Below are positions 18,548 to 27,786 of a stretch of DNA of 64,000 nt, in pieces (within the stretch, counting starts at the first letter, position 1; each line of letters opens with the position of its first letter). This DNA comes from a phage: NCBI GenBank assembly GCA_012178725.1, contig GCA_012178725.1_3030.1, one strand, 5' to 3'. The notes under the pieces were generated by a model, which saw nothing but the letters and a program-made list of their open reading frames with translations, did not search any database and was not told where the DNA came from. The translations under genes were made by a program, and so were the position numbers.

Positions 18548-20725
18548 TTAGGCCGCAAGGGCCTTCATAGTTTTAGCGATTTGGGAAACTTCATCATCAC
18601 TTAAAGAGTTGCGATAACCGATGAAGTCGGAAACAATACGGAATTTCTTGGTAAACTCAGCAACCATTTTATCACTGTTTTTTGAAGCATTATTTGATAA
18701 TACATCAAAAAGATTAGTTACTGTCCAGATGTCATGACCGATGGTATCTTTTCCACCATTAAAATATACACCGCGCAATGAACTAACTATATTAGCGAGT
18801 CGTGTATATTCTTCAGAAACTTCATCTGTACTGAAGTACTTCATCATAAAATCTAGTTCAGGATACTTGATAATTTTATCAATATATCGTTGAGCTGAAC
18901 TTGAATAACCTACGTACTTATCATAATCTACATCATCAAAAGCATCTACATATAAATCACGCAAAGCTTCAAAAATACATTGGCACTGACCGAGTTCTTT
19001 TACCTTTTTCTGTAAAAGCGGACGAATAACATAAAATTCATTAATGCCAATAAGATTAGCCATACGAATCAAAATATTCATAGATGGATGACAAAGAGAT
19101 GTAGTACCATCCATAGAGAAAATATCAGAACGATGCATATACGCTACATAACCAGTAATTTCATCTGCTTCTGATGTGAGCGTAAATAGTTCCTCTTTTT
19201 CCCATCGCCCATCTTTAATTTCAAATTTAAATGCTGTAGCAGCTTTAGGACGAGGAGCTTTACTTTTAACTACCTTTGGAATATAGCTTTTAACTAAAGC
19301 TTCAATTTCTGACAAATAATGAATGTTAACTTCATCACTTTCAAACATCGCCATAATATCAGGAAGTAAATCAATCTGCGATTCTACTTCCGGATTAATA
19401 AACAGAAGACGCTCATTGTGATGAATATTCAAAGTGTTATTAAATTCACTATCATCTAACGCGTGTGCTAATCCACGGACAATATTAACACGATTTTTAA
19501 TATTATCAATAACGATATTAATTTTTGTTGCATTAATACCAAACAGACGATAACTTGATGCAACGGCTGAAGTTTCATGACTTTGCTTAATGCGCTTCAG
19601 TCGAGGGTCAAGATTTACTTCATACACAACTCCTGCATTACATAACTTACTATCAGGTTCAAACATGCTTTGCATCTTCTTATATGACAGATTTTTAGTC
19701 GTAAATTTGACTGAATTACTAATCATATAATCTCGAGCAGAATATCCCATCTTCATCAATTCACGATATGTGTGACGAGGAGATGTAGATTCTTTAAATC
19801 GTTTTACATCTTCATTAAATGCTTTCTCACTGAGTTCTTTAACTCGTTCAATAATATTTTTACGAGTGCGATCATCCAGTGAAAGAGCCTCGCGAGATGG
19901 AGCAATATCAAGTGAACCCATTGGAAACTTAATGTAATTCACTTCATTGCGAATGCTTAGCCAGTTACGGTCTCTAATAACACCATCGATAGGATAAACA
20001 ATACCGCCATAGATAGCATACAATCCGCCGCGATCAGGCCAGTATCTTTCTGGATTTACACCGTAATAGTCATCAAAATCTGGAAAATAATCAATTTCGC
20101 GGTCAAGACCATTAATGATAGCCAAATCTTTGAATGGTCGCATGATATAAGAAACTTCATAAGCAAAGTTTCTAAAGTCTTTTTCTTCAACTGGAACTAC
20201 AATTTCAATACCAGTTTTATCATCTGGACCCATTTCTTTTACGAATGTAGGTTTAATCTGTGGACCATCACCATCCATATAAGCTACATAACCACGAATT
20301 TCACCTTTATGATACGAAGTAATACTAAATGTATCAGTATAACTAAACGGAGATTTAGAACCTAAACCAAATCCGCCAATGAAATCGTTAGATTCAGCCT
20401 TAGATGAACTGAAGTATGAATTATACAACCCAGGAGAATTATCATCACCTTGAATATCAAAATCACTCATACCCGGACCAAAATCTCGACAAACAAATCG
20501 TGGGTCTAAACGTCCAGGAATTTGTATGATAAATTTTTCAGGATTTCCATTAAGTGCATGAGCATCAATCATGTTAGTAATCAATTCACGGACTACTGCG
20601 CGAATCTTGTTTGTATACAAATCAGATGATAGAATTTTAAATACTTTAGGATTTGCTGCGATGCTAAATGCTTTTGATTTAGAACCATTACCAAGAATTG
20701 TTTCTTTTTCAGTGGTGATAATCAT
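18548..20725 (-). CDS. rIIA: rIIA protein
   Basis: 725-aa ORF, length, sequence and synteny as T4 rIIA. Confidence 0.95.
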   Translation of the reverse strand: MIITTEKETILGNGSKSKAFSIAANPKVFKILSSDLYTNKIRAVVRELITNMIDAHALNGNPEKFIIQIPGRLDPRFVCRDFGPGMSDFDIQGDDNSPGLYNSYFSSSKAESNDFIGGFGLGSKSPFSYTDTFSITSYHKGEIRGYVAYMDGDGPQIKPTFVKEMGPDDKTGIEIVVPVEEKDFRNFAYEVSYIMRPFKDLAIINGLDREIDYFPDFDDYYGVNPERYWPDRGGLYAIYGGIVYPIDGVIRDRNWLSIRNEVNYIKFPMGSLDIAPSREALSLDDRTRKNIIERVKELSEKAFNEDVKRFKESTSPRHTYRELMKMGYSARDYMISNSVKFTTKNLSYKKMQSMFEPDSKLCNAGVVYEVNLDPRLKRIKQSHETSAVASSYRLFGINATKINIVIDNIKNRVNIVRGLAHALDDSEFNNTLNIHHNERLLFINPEVESQIDLLPDIMAMFESDEVNIHYLSEIEALVKSYIPKVVKSKAPRPKAATAFKFEIKDGRWEKEELFTLTSEADEITGYVAYMHRSDIFSMDGTTSLCHPSMNILIRMANLIGINEFYVIRPLLQKKVKELGQCQCIFEALRDLYVDAFDDVDYDKYVGYSSSAQRYIDKIIKYPELDFMMKYFSTDEVSEEYTRLANIVSSLRGVYFNGGKDTIGHDIWTVTNLFDVLSNNASKNSDKMVAEFTKKFRIVSDFIGYRNSLSDDEVSQIAKTMKALAA

Positions 20726-20735
20726 AATTTCCTCA

Positions 20736-20939
20736 TTAATTCATATTACGTTTAATAACTTCGGCAACTTCTAGTAGTTCATCTTTAGTTGCAGTGTCGG
20801 ATTGAATTTTATCTCTAATATCTTTAAAGCGGTTTTTAAATTCTTCGGCTTCTCCCATATCGAAAAAGCGTTGAATGATTCTATATTCTCGATGAACTGC
20901 TTTATCAAAAAGTTCTAAATTTACTTTATATGATTTCAT
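20736..20939 (-). CDS. Hypothetical protein (67 aa), rIIA.1 position
   Basis: ORF immediately upstream of rIIA. Confidence 0.6.
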   Translation of the reverse strand: MKSYKVNLELFDKAVHREYRIIQRFFDMGEAEEFKNRFKDIRDKIQSDTATKDELLEVAEVIKRNMN

Positions 20940-20964
20940 TTCAATATCCTCATTTGCCCAATTA

Positions 20965-20994
20965 ATTATACCACATCCTTGTGGTAAAGTAAAC
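20965..20994 (-). promoter_or_regulatory. Early promoter (GTTTAC-N18-TATAAT) upstream of rIIA.1/rIIA
   Basis: Reverse strand reads GTTTACtttaccacaaggatgtggTATAAT; the -35 overlaps the gene 39 stop. Confidence 0.65.
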
Positions 20995-22811
20995 TACTGG
21001 CTCATCCATTCTTTACGAAGGTCAGCATTATCTCCCATGAGCATTTCAAAAAGCTCTTTCCAGTTCTCAGGAAGTTTAACAACATCATATACTGGATTTT
21101 GAATCATCTCACGATATTCAGATTTTTCCAAAGAGCCAAGTCCTTTAATATAACGGATGCTATGTTTAGGTAGAGCATCTTTGGCACTCTCATATTCAGC
21201 GACTGTATAAAACCATTCTTGTTTTTTACCGACCTGAGCGATGATTACAGGAGTTTTGACAAAGCGAATTCGTCCTTGCTCAAACAGTTCTGGCCAATTA
21301 CTAAAAAATCCAAGAAGAGAAGGATAAATGCTTCCTAGACCATCATGGTCAGCATCAGTCATAATAGCAATATTATGATAATTCAAGTTTTCAGCTTTTT
21401 CACCAAGAACTAGACCAGTGATTGCGCAAATATCAAACAGTTCTTTGTTTTTAAGCATATCTGCATAAGACATACCCCAGCTATTAAGAACTTTACCACG
21501 CAATGGATAACCACCGTGAAGTTCTTTATCACGAACATCAATAAGATATCCGATAGCAGAATCACCCTCAGTCAAGAAAAGAGTAGTGTCAGCATCTTTA
21601 CCGCAAAGATTCGCTTTGATATGTTTATGAACCTTAGCTTTAGAAGCCTTTTTAGCTGCTTTAGTTTCTGCTGCTTTTTCTGCCGCCAATTTACGAGCCA
21701 AAGCAGCTTCAATAATCGGCATTAGAATTGCTTCATTATTTAGAATAGCACGTGAAATCTTTTTAGCATCAAGTTGAATATGACTACGGATTTCACCAAA
21801 TGGAGAAGTCAAACGCTCTTTAGTTTGAGAATCAAATCGCATGTTTTTCATATCACGAACAAACATAACGATAGTCAAACATTCTTTGACACGCGCTTTG
21901 GTTACATCAATTTTGAACTTACGTTTGATTTGTGGAATAAGGTCTTCACAAATATCATCCATAACACAGTCAATGTGATGGCCACCATTCTTAGTATGAA
22001 TGTTATTCACATAAGTTAATTGACGAAAACCATCCGGTGAACGACCAACTGCAATAGAACAATTTTCTTGTTCTTGAACGATAGCATGCTCATCATATTG
22101 GCGTGCATATTTCTTAAAATTACCCTGAACCTTTTTACCATTAAAGGTAAATTGAATATCAGGATAAACAACAGCAAGTGTCTGGAGACGATCTAGTGTA
22201 ATGTCAAGATAAACTTGGGACAGCTCATTAGTTTCAAATGACATAAAATCAGGAATGAAAGTAACACGAGTTCCTTTCCATTTTCCTGGAATAGTTTCCC
22301 ATGATTTATTTTCCATGCCATTTGAACAACGAACTACAATATTATTTTGACCATCGCCAGTTTCACCAACAAACATCACAGAAAAAATGTTAGTTAAACT
22401 AGAACCAACACCGTTCATACCGCCGGTGACGCGTTCTTTATCATCACCGAAGTTACCACCTGCTTTTGGAATAGTCCATGCAGCAACAGGACCAGGAATT
22501 TCTTCACCGGTAGGTGTTTTAACCATCGCTTGTGGAATACCGCGACCGTTATCTTCAACTGTTACTTGATTGTTTTTAATAGTAACGTTAATTTTATTTG
22601 CGAATTTAAACTTAGTACGAATACCTTCATCTACTGAGTTATCGATAATTTCATCAATAAGCTTAACAAGACCAGGTACATACTGAACACTTTCCCATTT
22701 ACCAAACAGAAAGCGCTCATGCATTTCATTAGCAGAAGAACCAATGTACATGCCGCTACGCTTTTTGATATGTTCAATATCGCTCAGAATTTTAATTTCA
22801 TTCTTAATCAT
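20994..22811 (-). CDS. 39: DNA topoisomerase II large subunit gp39, uninterrupted
   Basis: 605-aa ORF from MIKNEIKIL (the track's first M is a GTG one codon upstream) with GyrB ATPase and Toprim regions in one frame. Confidence 0.93.
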   Translation of the reverse strand: MIKNEIKILSDIEHIKKRSGMYIGSSANEMHERFLFGKWESVQYVPGLVKLIDEIIDNSVDEGIRTKFKFANKINVTIKNNQVTVEDNGRGIPQAMVKTPTGEEIPGPVAAWTIPKAGGNFGDDKERVTGGMNGVGSSLTNIFSVMFVGETGDGQNNIVVRCSNGMENKSWETIPGKWKGTRVTFIPDFMSFETNELSQVYLDITLDRLQTLAVVYPDIQFTFNGKKVQGNFKKYARQYDEHAIVQEQENCSIAVGRSPDGFRQLTYVNNIHTKNGGHHIDCVMDDICEDLIPQIKRKFKIDVTKARVKECLTIVMFVRDMKNMRFDSQTKERLTSPFGEIRSHIQLDAKKISRAILNNEAILMPIIEAALARKLAAEKAAETKAAKKASKAKVHKHIKANLCGKDADTTLFLTEGDSAIGYLIDVRDKELHGGYPLRGKVLNSWGMSYADMLKNKELFDICAITGLVLGEKAENLNYHNIAIMTDADHDGLGSIYPSLLGFFSNWPELFEQGRIRFVKTPVIIAQVGKKQEWFYTVAEYESAKDALPKHSIRYIKGLGSLEKSEYREMIQNPVYDVVKLPENWKELFEMLMGDNADLRKEWMSQ

Positions 22812-22838
22812 CACTTATCCTCGTTTGGTTTCGGGAAT

Positions 22839-22866
22839 ATTATACTCCGGTAATCATAAAGCTAAA
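22839..22866 (-). promoter_or_regulatory. Middle promoter (MotA box GCTTTA plus -10 TATAAT) upstream of gene 39
   Basis: Reverse strand reads tttaGCTTTAtgattaccggagTATAAT, 12-nt spacing typical of MotA-dependent promoters. Confidence 0.55.
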
Positions 22867-22880
22867 GGCCCGAAGGCCTT
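22867..22880 (-). terminator. CUUCGG hairpin (possible terminator) after the lipoprotein gene
   Basis: aggcccgaaggcct; downstream sequence only moderately U-rich. Confidence 0.45.
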
Positions 22881-23153
22881 TTATTTAAAACGGATAGTCG
22901 AATCCTTGAAGAATAGACCAGAACATACGGTTCCTTCTACTTTCTGCCCGGTAGGTCCAATAGCGCGAAATCCAGTATGTTGGAAATCATTTTCAGAGCA
23001 ACCGAACCAATTGTATCCAGTGATTTCAATATTAGTAAAACCGCTTGATGACAAAATTTTGGTTGCATTATCAGCATCAGTACATCCTGCTAAAGACACT
23101 GCTAATACTAATGCTGCGATAGAACGATTAATATATTTCATAATTTCACTCAA
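22881..23153 (-). CDS. Predicted lipoprotein (90 aa)
   Basis: Signal peptide with lipobox LAGC; alternative start at MKYINR. Confidence 0.6.
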   Translation of the reverse strand: MSEIMKYINRSIAALVLAVSLAGCTDADNATKILSSSGFTNIEITGYNWFGCSENDFQHTGFRAIGPTGQKVEGTVCSGLFFKDSTIRFK

Positions 23154-23517
23154 ATTTAATGGCTTGAAGAAGACTAATAATTCTCAAGCGACTTCTTTCA
23201 TCTTTAACTGTAAAAGAAAGAGGGTCACCAGATTTCATAGTGATGGTGCATCCAAAATCAAAATCTTCTGTAACTTCTTCGAAGAAGTCAAATTCTTCAT
23301 CATAAATTAGAACATTACTCTGAAAGCTGTGAAGAATTTTTCCATCATTTCCAGATGCTGTACTAATCATTGTAACATTATGACCTTTCATATCTTCAAC
23401 GATAAATTCGCTTGTAGATATTACTGCATTAATAGAACCGTTCCTATGAATAGCAGAAAATAGATATTTCTTTTCTTCACCTTCGCGAACACGATATTTC
23501 TTACCGATTTTAAACAT
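23146..23517 (-). CDS. Hypothetical protein (123 aa)
   Basis: ORF in operon orientation. Confidence 0.55.
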   Translation of the reverse strand: MFKIGKKYRVREGEEKKYLFSAIHRNGSINAVISTSEFIVEDMKGHNVTMISTASGNDGKILHSFQSNVLIYDEEFDFFEEVTEDFDFGCTITMKSGDPLSFTVKDERSRLRIISLLQAIKFE

Positions 23518-23519
23518 AA

Positions 23520-23696
23520 TTACCCTTTAAGTAAGTCGTAAAATCCACCATTCACATGCTTAGGAGCAGAAGGCCGACGAGTAGACAAACGATGACATTT
23601 AGGGCAAACATCATTTTCTCGTTCAGAAATCTTTTTAATTTTTTCATATTCATGCCCGCAATCTTCGGATTGGCATTTATAATCATACATTGGCAT
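23520..23696 (-). CDS. Zinc-ribbon protein (58 aa)
   Basis: Hand-called MPMYDYKCQSEDCGHEYEKIKKISERENDVCPKCHRL...; two CxxC pairs; below ORF-track cutoff. Confidence 0.4.
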   Translation of the reverse strand: MPMYDYKCQSEDCGHEYEKIKKISERENDVCPKCHRLSTRRPSAPKHVNGGFYDLLKG

Positions 23697-23698
23697 AA

Positions 23699-24124
23699 TT
23701 ATTCCTTAAAGTGTGCTTTCAACATCTGATACAAGGACCATGCCTGTTCATTATTTTCAATAGTAACTTTCATGACCGGGAATTCTGTGAAATCTTCTAT
23801 TTGTTCTTGCTCTTTCTCTTCCTGCTCTTGCTCTTCAGCTGCCTGGTATGGATTTTCAACTTCATCAAAGAACCCAGCTTCGCTAGTAGAAAGCCAGATA
23901 AAGTTTTCGTCAAGGATATCACCATGTGTTGCATATCCAACTGTGCCAGTAGATGTCACAATTTTAGTAGGACGACCAAGATGGTCAACATCTAAAATTT
24001 TAAAAGGATGCATACCTAAACGGCGCGCATAGATTCCGTTATCAGTATGATCTTTAATAAAATTTTCTTGAGCTTGTTTATTTTTAAATTGATACCATTT
24101 ATTAACTTCAAATTTAATAGCCAT
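23699..24124 (-). CDS. Hypothetical acidic protein (141 aa), goF position
   Basis: Size and position as T4 goF; sequence identity not verified. Confidence 0.55.
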   Translation of the reverse strand: MAIKFEVNKWYQFKNKQAQENFIKDHTDNGIYARRLGMHPFKILDVDHLGRPTKIVTSTGTVGYATHGDILDENFIWLSTSEAGFFDEVENPYQAAEEQEQEEKEQEQIEDFTEFPVMKVTIENNEQAWSLYQMLKAHFKE

Positions 24125-24339
24125 TAATAAGTTTCCTTCCAGTAAGTTGTGCCATCTTCAGTAATTTCACGAAATACACCGTAAATTGGTTGTTTATCAC
24201 CAACCTTTTCATACACATAAACCGAAGTCAAGTGAGTAAACTTAACGGTATGTTCTTTTTGAACTACTACCAAATCTGGATCGAATAGTACATCTTCAAA
24301 TTCGTCATTAGTGCAATTCTGAACAATTTTACGTTTCAT
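24124..24339 (-). CDS. Hypothetical protein (71 aa), cef position
   Basis: Size and position as T4 cef; not verified. Confidence 0.5.
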   Translation of the reverse strand: MKRKIVQNCTNDEFEDVLFDPDLVVVQKEHTVKFTHLTSVYVYEKVGDKQPIYGVFREITEDGTTYWKETY

Positions 24340-24352
24340 TACAATTTCCTCA

Positions 24353-24634
24353 TTAATTGAACAGTGGAGCGATGCGTTTCAGAAGAGTAGCAGCACCTTT
24401 AGCGAATTTTACATCATGAAAAACAGTTTCTTCTTCCGTTACAACACGAGCTTTAATGTTTTCACAATCCCAATTTTTGCGAACAATCTTCAAAAGCTGC
24501 AGTAAATCTTTACATTCAGCAATATCGATAACACATCCACGAGAATCTTCCATTATCGCACGATAACCGTAAGCCATACCATAATCATTGAAAGATTGCT
24601 CGATGATAATTAAATTTTCCATTTTATTCTCCAA
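24353..24634 (-). CDS. Hypothetical protein (93 aa)
   Basis: ORF downstream of a promoter-like element. Confidence 0.55.
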   Translation of the reverse strand: MENKMENLIIIEQSFNDYGMAYGYRAIMEDSRGCVIDIAECKDLLQLLKIVRKNWDCENIKARVVTEEETVFHDVKFAKGAATLLKRIAPLFN

Positions 24635-24719
24635 GTTGTTTTCTGTATCAGTAGTTGATATTGATATAGTACCATAATCAACTACTGATGTATATAGTTT
24701 TATGAAAAAATTTTAAACT

Positions 24720-25211
24720 TTATGCATAGCGAGCTTTGCTATAGTGTTTAATCCAACTTTCAGGAATGACTTTGTATGTTCCTAAAAATACCGCGTTGTA
24801 TAACTTAACGCCATCTTCTACCCATTGATCAGTAATGTATGCACACATAGCGCGAGTACGGTTAACAACACCTTCCTCACCTTCAGTAAATTCAAACTCA
24901 TAAGGAGCAACGAACTTAATAGCCTGACCGAGTTTCCACTTAAAGTCTACACCTACATGCGAAGTATCAATCGTTTCAATTCCTTTAGCGGGAACAGCTT
25001 TCAAAAACGCAGGCTCAAGAAATTTCCATCGAACATAACCAAACTGAGGTTTAGACATTCCATCTTTAGGAATGATACGCACTTTTACTTCAGAATCTTC
25101 ATCTTTAACACCATGTTTAAGCTGAATGCTTACGACTTCAACCAATTTTCCTGCTGCTTTAGAACGGGATTTATCAGATACACGAGCAATTTCACCGATA
25201 TTAATATTCAT
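24720..25211 (-). CDS. motB: MotB-like DNA-binding protein
   Basis: 163-aa ORF in the motB position upstream of dexA. Confidence 0.75.
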   Translation of the reverse strand: MNINIGEIARVSDKSRSKAAGKLVEVVSIQLKHGVKDEDSEVKVRIIPKDGMSKPQFGYVRWKFLEPAFLKAVPAKGIETIDTSHVGVDFKWKLGQAIKFVAPYEFEFTEGEEGVVNRTRAMCAYITDQWVEDGVKLYNAVFLGTYKVIPESWIKHYSKARYA

Positions 25212-25255
25212 AATTATCTCTCACTTGTTAAAAAGATTTTATACTCCGCAGGACC

Positions 25256-25285
25256 ATTATACTCTGGTCCCAAGAGTTTGTAAAC
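25256..25285 (-). promoter_or_regulatory. Early promoter (GTTTAC-N18-TATAAT) upstream of motB
   Basis: Reverse strand reads GTTTACaaactcttgggaccagagTATAAT. Confidence 0.6.
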
Positions 25286-25785
25286 TAGCTTACACGAACA
25301 TTAATCACTGCGCTGCGAGGAACTACAGAGTACTCTCCAGCATGAACTACGTTCAGAAGTTCAACACCATCTTCAATCCACTGATCAGTTACCCAACCGC
25401 CAATCGGATTCGCGAATGGACGACGAATATAAACTGCCTTACACAACAAATCAGTCGGGTCTTCAATTTTTTCAACTGGTGTTACATACATAGAAACTAA
25501 ATCCATATCAATATGGGATTTTTCTTGTTCTTCTTTTTCAATTTCTGTCAATAAATTGAAATCTTCTTCATAGATGATGAATGATGATACCCTTCCATAA
25601 TAGTTTCTAATTTCCATGTACACTGTACCAATGAGAATTCCGCTATTAACACTAATAACAGTAAAAGGATATCCGCCAGTTGTACCAAGAAGTTCCCAAA
25701 ACTTGCTATCAGTCGTATTCGACATTGTCTGGAAATCAATTTCAGATGGTTTTTTCATTTGATACGTAGTATTAATTTTAATCAT
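25285..25785 (-). CDS. MotB paralog (166 aa)
   Basis: C-terminus GGWVTDQWIEDGVELLNVVHAGEYSVVPRS aligns with the MotB C-terminus YITDQWVEDGVKLYNAVFLGTYKVIPES. Confidence 0.6.
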   Translation of the reverse strand: MIKINTTYQMKKPSEIDFQTMSNTTDSKFWELLGTTGGYPFTVISVNSGILIGTVYMEIRNYYGRVSSFIIYEEDFNLLTEIEKEEQEKSHIDMDLVSMYVTPVEKIEDPTDLLCKAVYIRRPFANPIGGWVTDQWIEDGVELLNVVHAGEYSVVPRSAVINVRVS

Positions 25786-25794
25786 AATTTTCCT

Positions 25795-26307
25795 TTAATC
25801 TAAGGTAATAAAGCCTTTTAATTCGGCATGCGATTTGCGAAACATTACTTGATGCCCACCAATGATAACTTGATCATCTGGCACTTCATAAATCGCAATG
25901 TACATTCCACGATCTTTTAAGTCTTCACGCTCTTCTCGAGTAAACCATCTCATTATATCATATTCACTAGCGAAAGCAAAATGATATAATGCAATAAACC
26001 ACAATGGAATATAATTTTCAATTCGTGAATAATCTTTATTCCATTTAGTTTTAATAGCATCATTAGCATTTTCAACTAATAACTTATCATCGTGCGGAAT
26101 AGGAATACTTTCATGACTTTCATAATTATCGCTATGATGATGAAATGACGATGAATTAATACCGCAAAATTTTAGCCAAGTTCGAGTTTTCATAGAATCA
26201 AATCCACGATAAGGAGTTGATTGAACACATAACTCTTGCCTAATTTTCATTATACCACTATCATCATTTAATGCGCTAAACGATGATTCAACACGATAAA
26301 TTTTCAT
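25795..26307 (-). CDS. Hypothetical protein (170 aa)
   Basis: ORF-track frame trimmed to MKIYRVESSF, which has a GAGGA ribosome-binding site; the longer start lies upstream of the promoter. Confidence 0.55.
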   Translation of the reverse strand: MKIYRVESSFSALNDDSGIMKIRQELCVQSTPYRGFDSMKTRTWLKFCGINSSSFHHHSDNYESHESIPIPHDDKLLVENANDAIKTKWNKDYSRIENYIPLWFIALYHFAFASEYDIMRWFTREEREDLKDRGMYIAIYEVPDDQVIIGGHQVMFRKSHAELKGFITLD

Positions 26308-26334
26308 TTTATTATCCTCAGTAGCTATGGTGTT

Positions 26335-26364
26335 ATAATACCACAACTGACCGAGGAAGTAAAC
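26335..26364 (-). promoter_or_regulatory. Early promoter (GTTTAC-N18-TATTAT) downstream of dexA
   Basis: Reverse strand reads GTTTACttcctcggtcagttgtggTATTAT. Confidence 0.6.
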
Positions 26365-26370
26365 AACTTT

Positions 26371-27054
26371 TTATCGTTTAGTTGGAAGAGATAGAGGATC
26401 GCATTCTTCCTCTGATGGAGCGTCTTCTAGACCCATAGCGTATCGCAAAGCATACTTCATCATCAGGATGTCTTTCGCACAGTCATGAATAGAATCATGT
26501 GCAACGAATCCATCTAAAGTTCCCTTTGGAAGAGGACATGTGGTCATATCACGAACAAGCAGAAGTGCTTCAATTCTGGTACGAATATCACGCTGATTCC
26601 AGAATTTACACGGTTCTAACTTAAATGTGTCAAGCTCATTCTCAGAAACACCATTAAGACGTTGAATATCACGAATGAGATCGACTAAAATTGGAAAATC
26701 AAACGACATTCCACGGCACCAGCCTTGAGATTTCCAAGGATCGATATTATGCGCATTGATGTAATCATTAAATTTTGCAATACCATCGATAGTGCTTACA
26801 TCTTCATCTGATGGTGCAATATTTTTTCTAGCTTCAGGTGATTGATTTTTCCACCATTCGATAGTGCTTTTAGTAAAAAGACGATGTCCTTTTTGGCTTT
26901 TTAAATCAAATTTGATTTTAATGCCGCGTGAAACTAATTCATCAAATGTTTCAACAACTTCCGGGTTAGGGTCAAAAGCAATTACAGCCAAATCAATAAC
27001 AGCTGCTTTTTCACCACTTCCCATCGTTTCAAAATCTATAATAAAATCAAACAT
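26371..27054 (-). CDS. dexA: Exonuclease A DexA
   Basis: 227-aa ORF with DEDD-type exonuclease N-terminus; length as T4 DexA. Confidence 0.9.
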   Translation of the reverse strand: MFDFIIDFETMGSGEKAAVIDLAVIAFDPNPEVVETFDELVSRGIKIKFDLKSQKGHRLFTKSTIEWWKNQSPEARKNIAPSDEDVSTIDGIAKFNDYINAHNIDPWKSQGWCRGMSFDFPILVDLIRDIQRLNGVSENELDTFKLEPCKFWNQRDIRTRIEALLLVRDMTTCPLPKGTLDGFVAHDSIHDCAKDILMMKYALRYAMGLEDAPSEEECDPLSLPTKR

Positions 27055-27311
27055 TAAATTTTCCTTGCTAAATCGCGAATTTGACCTACAGTATAGTCTT
27101 GAATATAAACTTTATTGATAGGCTCATCAATAAATTTTGCCATAGATTCAATGTCTTTTTGTATTTCTTCAAGACTGTATACTATCTTTAAAGCTTTTTC
27201 GCGAATAGTAATATTTTCAGGACCCTGATTTTCTTTAATGACAGCTTTAACATTTGCCATAAGAGATTTAAATTGGTACCAACTTAATTCAATCATTAAT
27301 AATCGCCTCAT
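27054..27311 (-). CDS. Hypothetical protein (85 aa), dexA.1 position
   Basis: ORF overlapping the dexA start. Confidence 0.6.
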   Translation of the reverse strand: MRRLLMIELSWYQFKSLMANVKAVIKENQGPENITIREKALKIVYSLEEIQKDIESMAKFIDEPINKVYIQDYTVGQIRDLARKI

Positions 27312-27549
27312 AAAGATAGCTAATTTCGCCTAAAACATAATCATTAATTGTAACAGTTTTCACTTCACCGCAAAAGAATTCTAACGCAATTAAATCTCGT
27401 TCAATTTCTTCTAATTGAAGCATCAACTTATTAGATTCAATTTTTACAGTTTCACGATTTTTACCATGAGCAATTTCATAAATTTCGCTAATTTTATCCT
27501 GAAGAAAATAAAACTGATCTTTAGTTATTTCCACGAATAGCTTCCTCAA
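27289..27549 (-). CDS. Hypothetical protein (86 aa), dexA.2 position
   Basis: ORF in operon orientation. Confidence 0.55.
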   Translation of the reverse strand: MRKLFVEITKDQFYFLQDKISEIYEIAHGKNRETVKIESNKLMLQLEEIERDLIALEFFCGEVKTVTINDYVLGEISYLYEAIIND

Positions 27550-27588
27550 ATTTAATCAATAATTTACAGACACTTTCATCTAGTGTAA

Positions 27589-27780
27589 TTACCGTATCTG
27601 TATTACTGTGATATGATTGTTTTCAATTCGTTTAATTGCTAATATAGTATCACTTATAAGATAAAGCTTATGAAGGAGCTCAGCTCCTGTTACCATAACA
27701 TTAAGATTATCTTGCTTATTAGTATGCTTCCTTATACCATCTATTAGACGATTTAAATATTTTGAATTGATGTTAATCAT
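27589..27780 (-). CDS. Hypothetical protein (63 aa)
   Basis: Short ORF between dda and dexA.2. Confidence 0.4.
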   Translation of the reverse strand: MININSKYLNRLIDGIRKHTNKQDNLNVMVTGAELLHKLYLISDTILAIKRIENNHITVIQIR

Positions 27781-27786
27781 ATATCC

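Noticed and set aside
22744-23310. 188-aa + strand ORF
   Set aside because: Antisense to two tightly packed minus-strand genes; no promoter or ribosome-binding site
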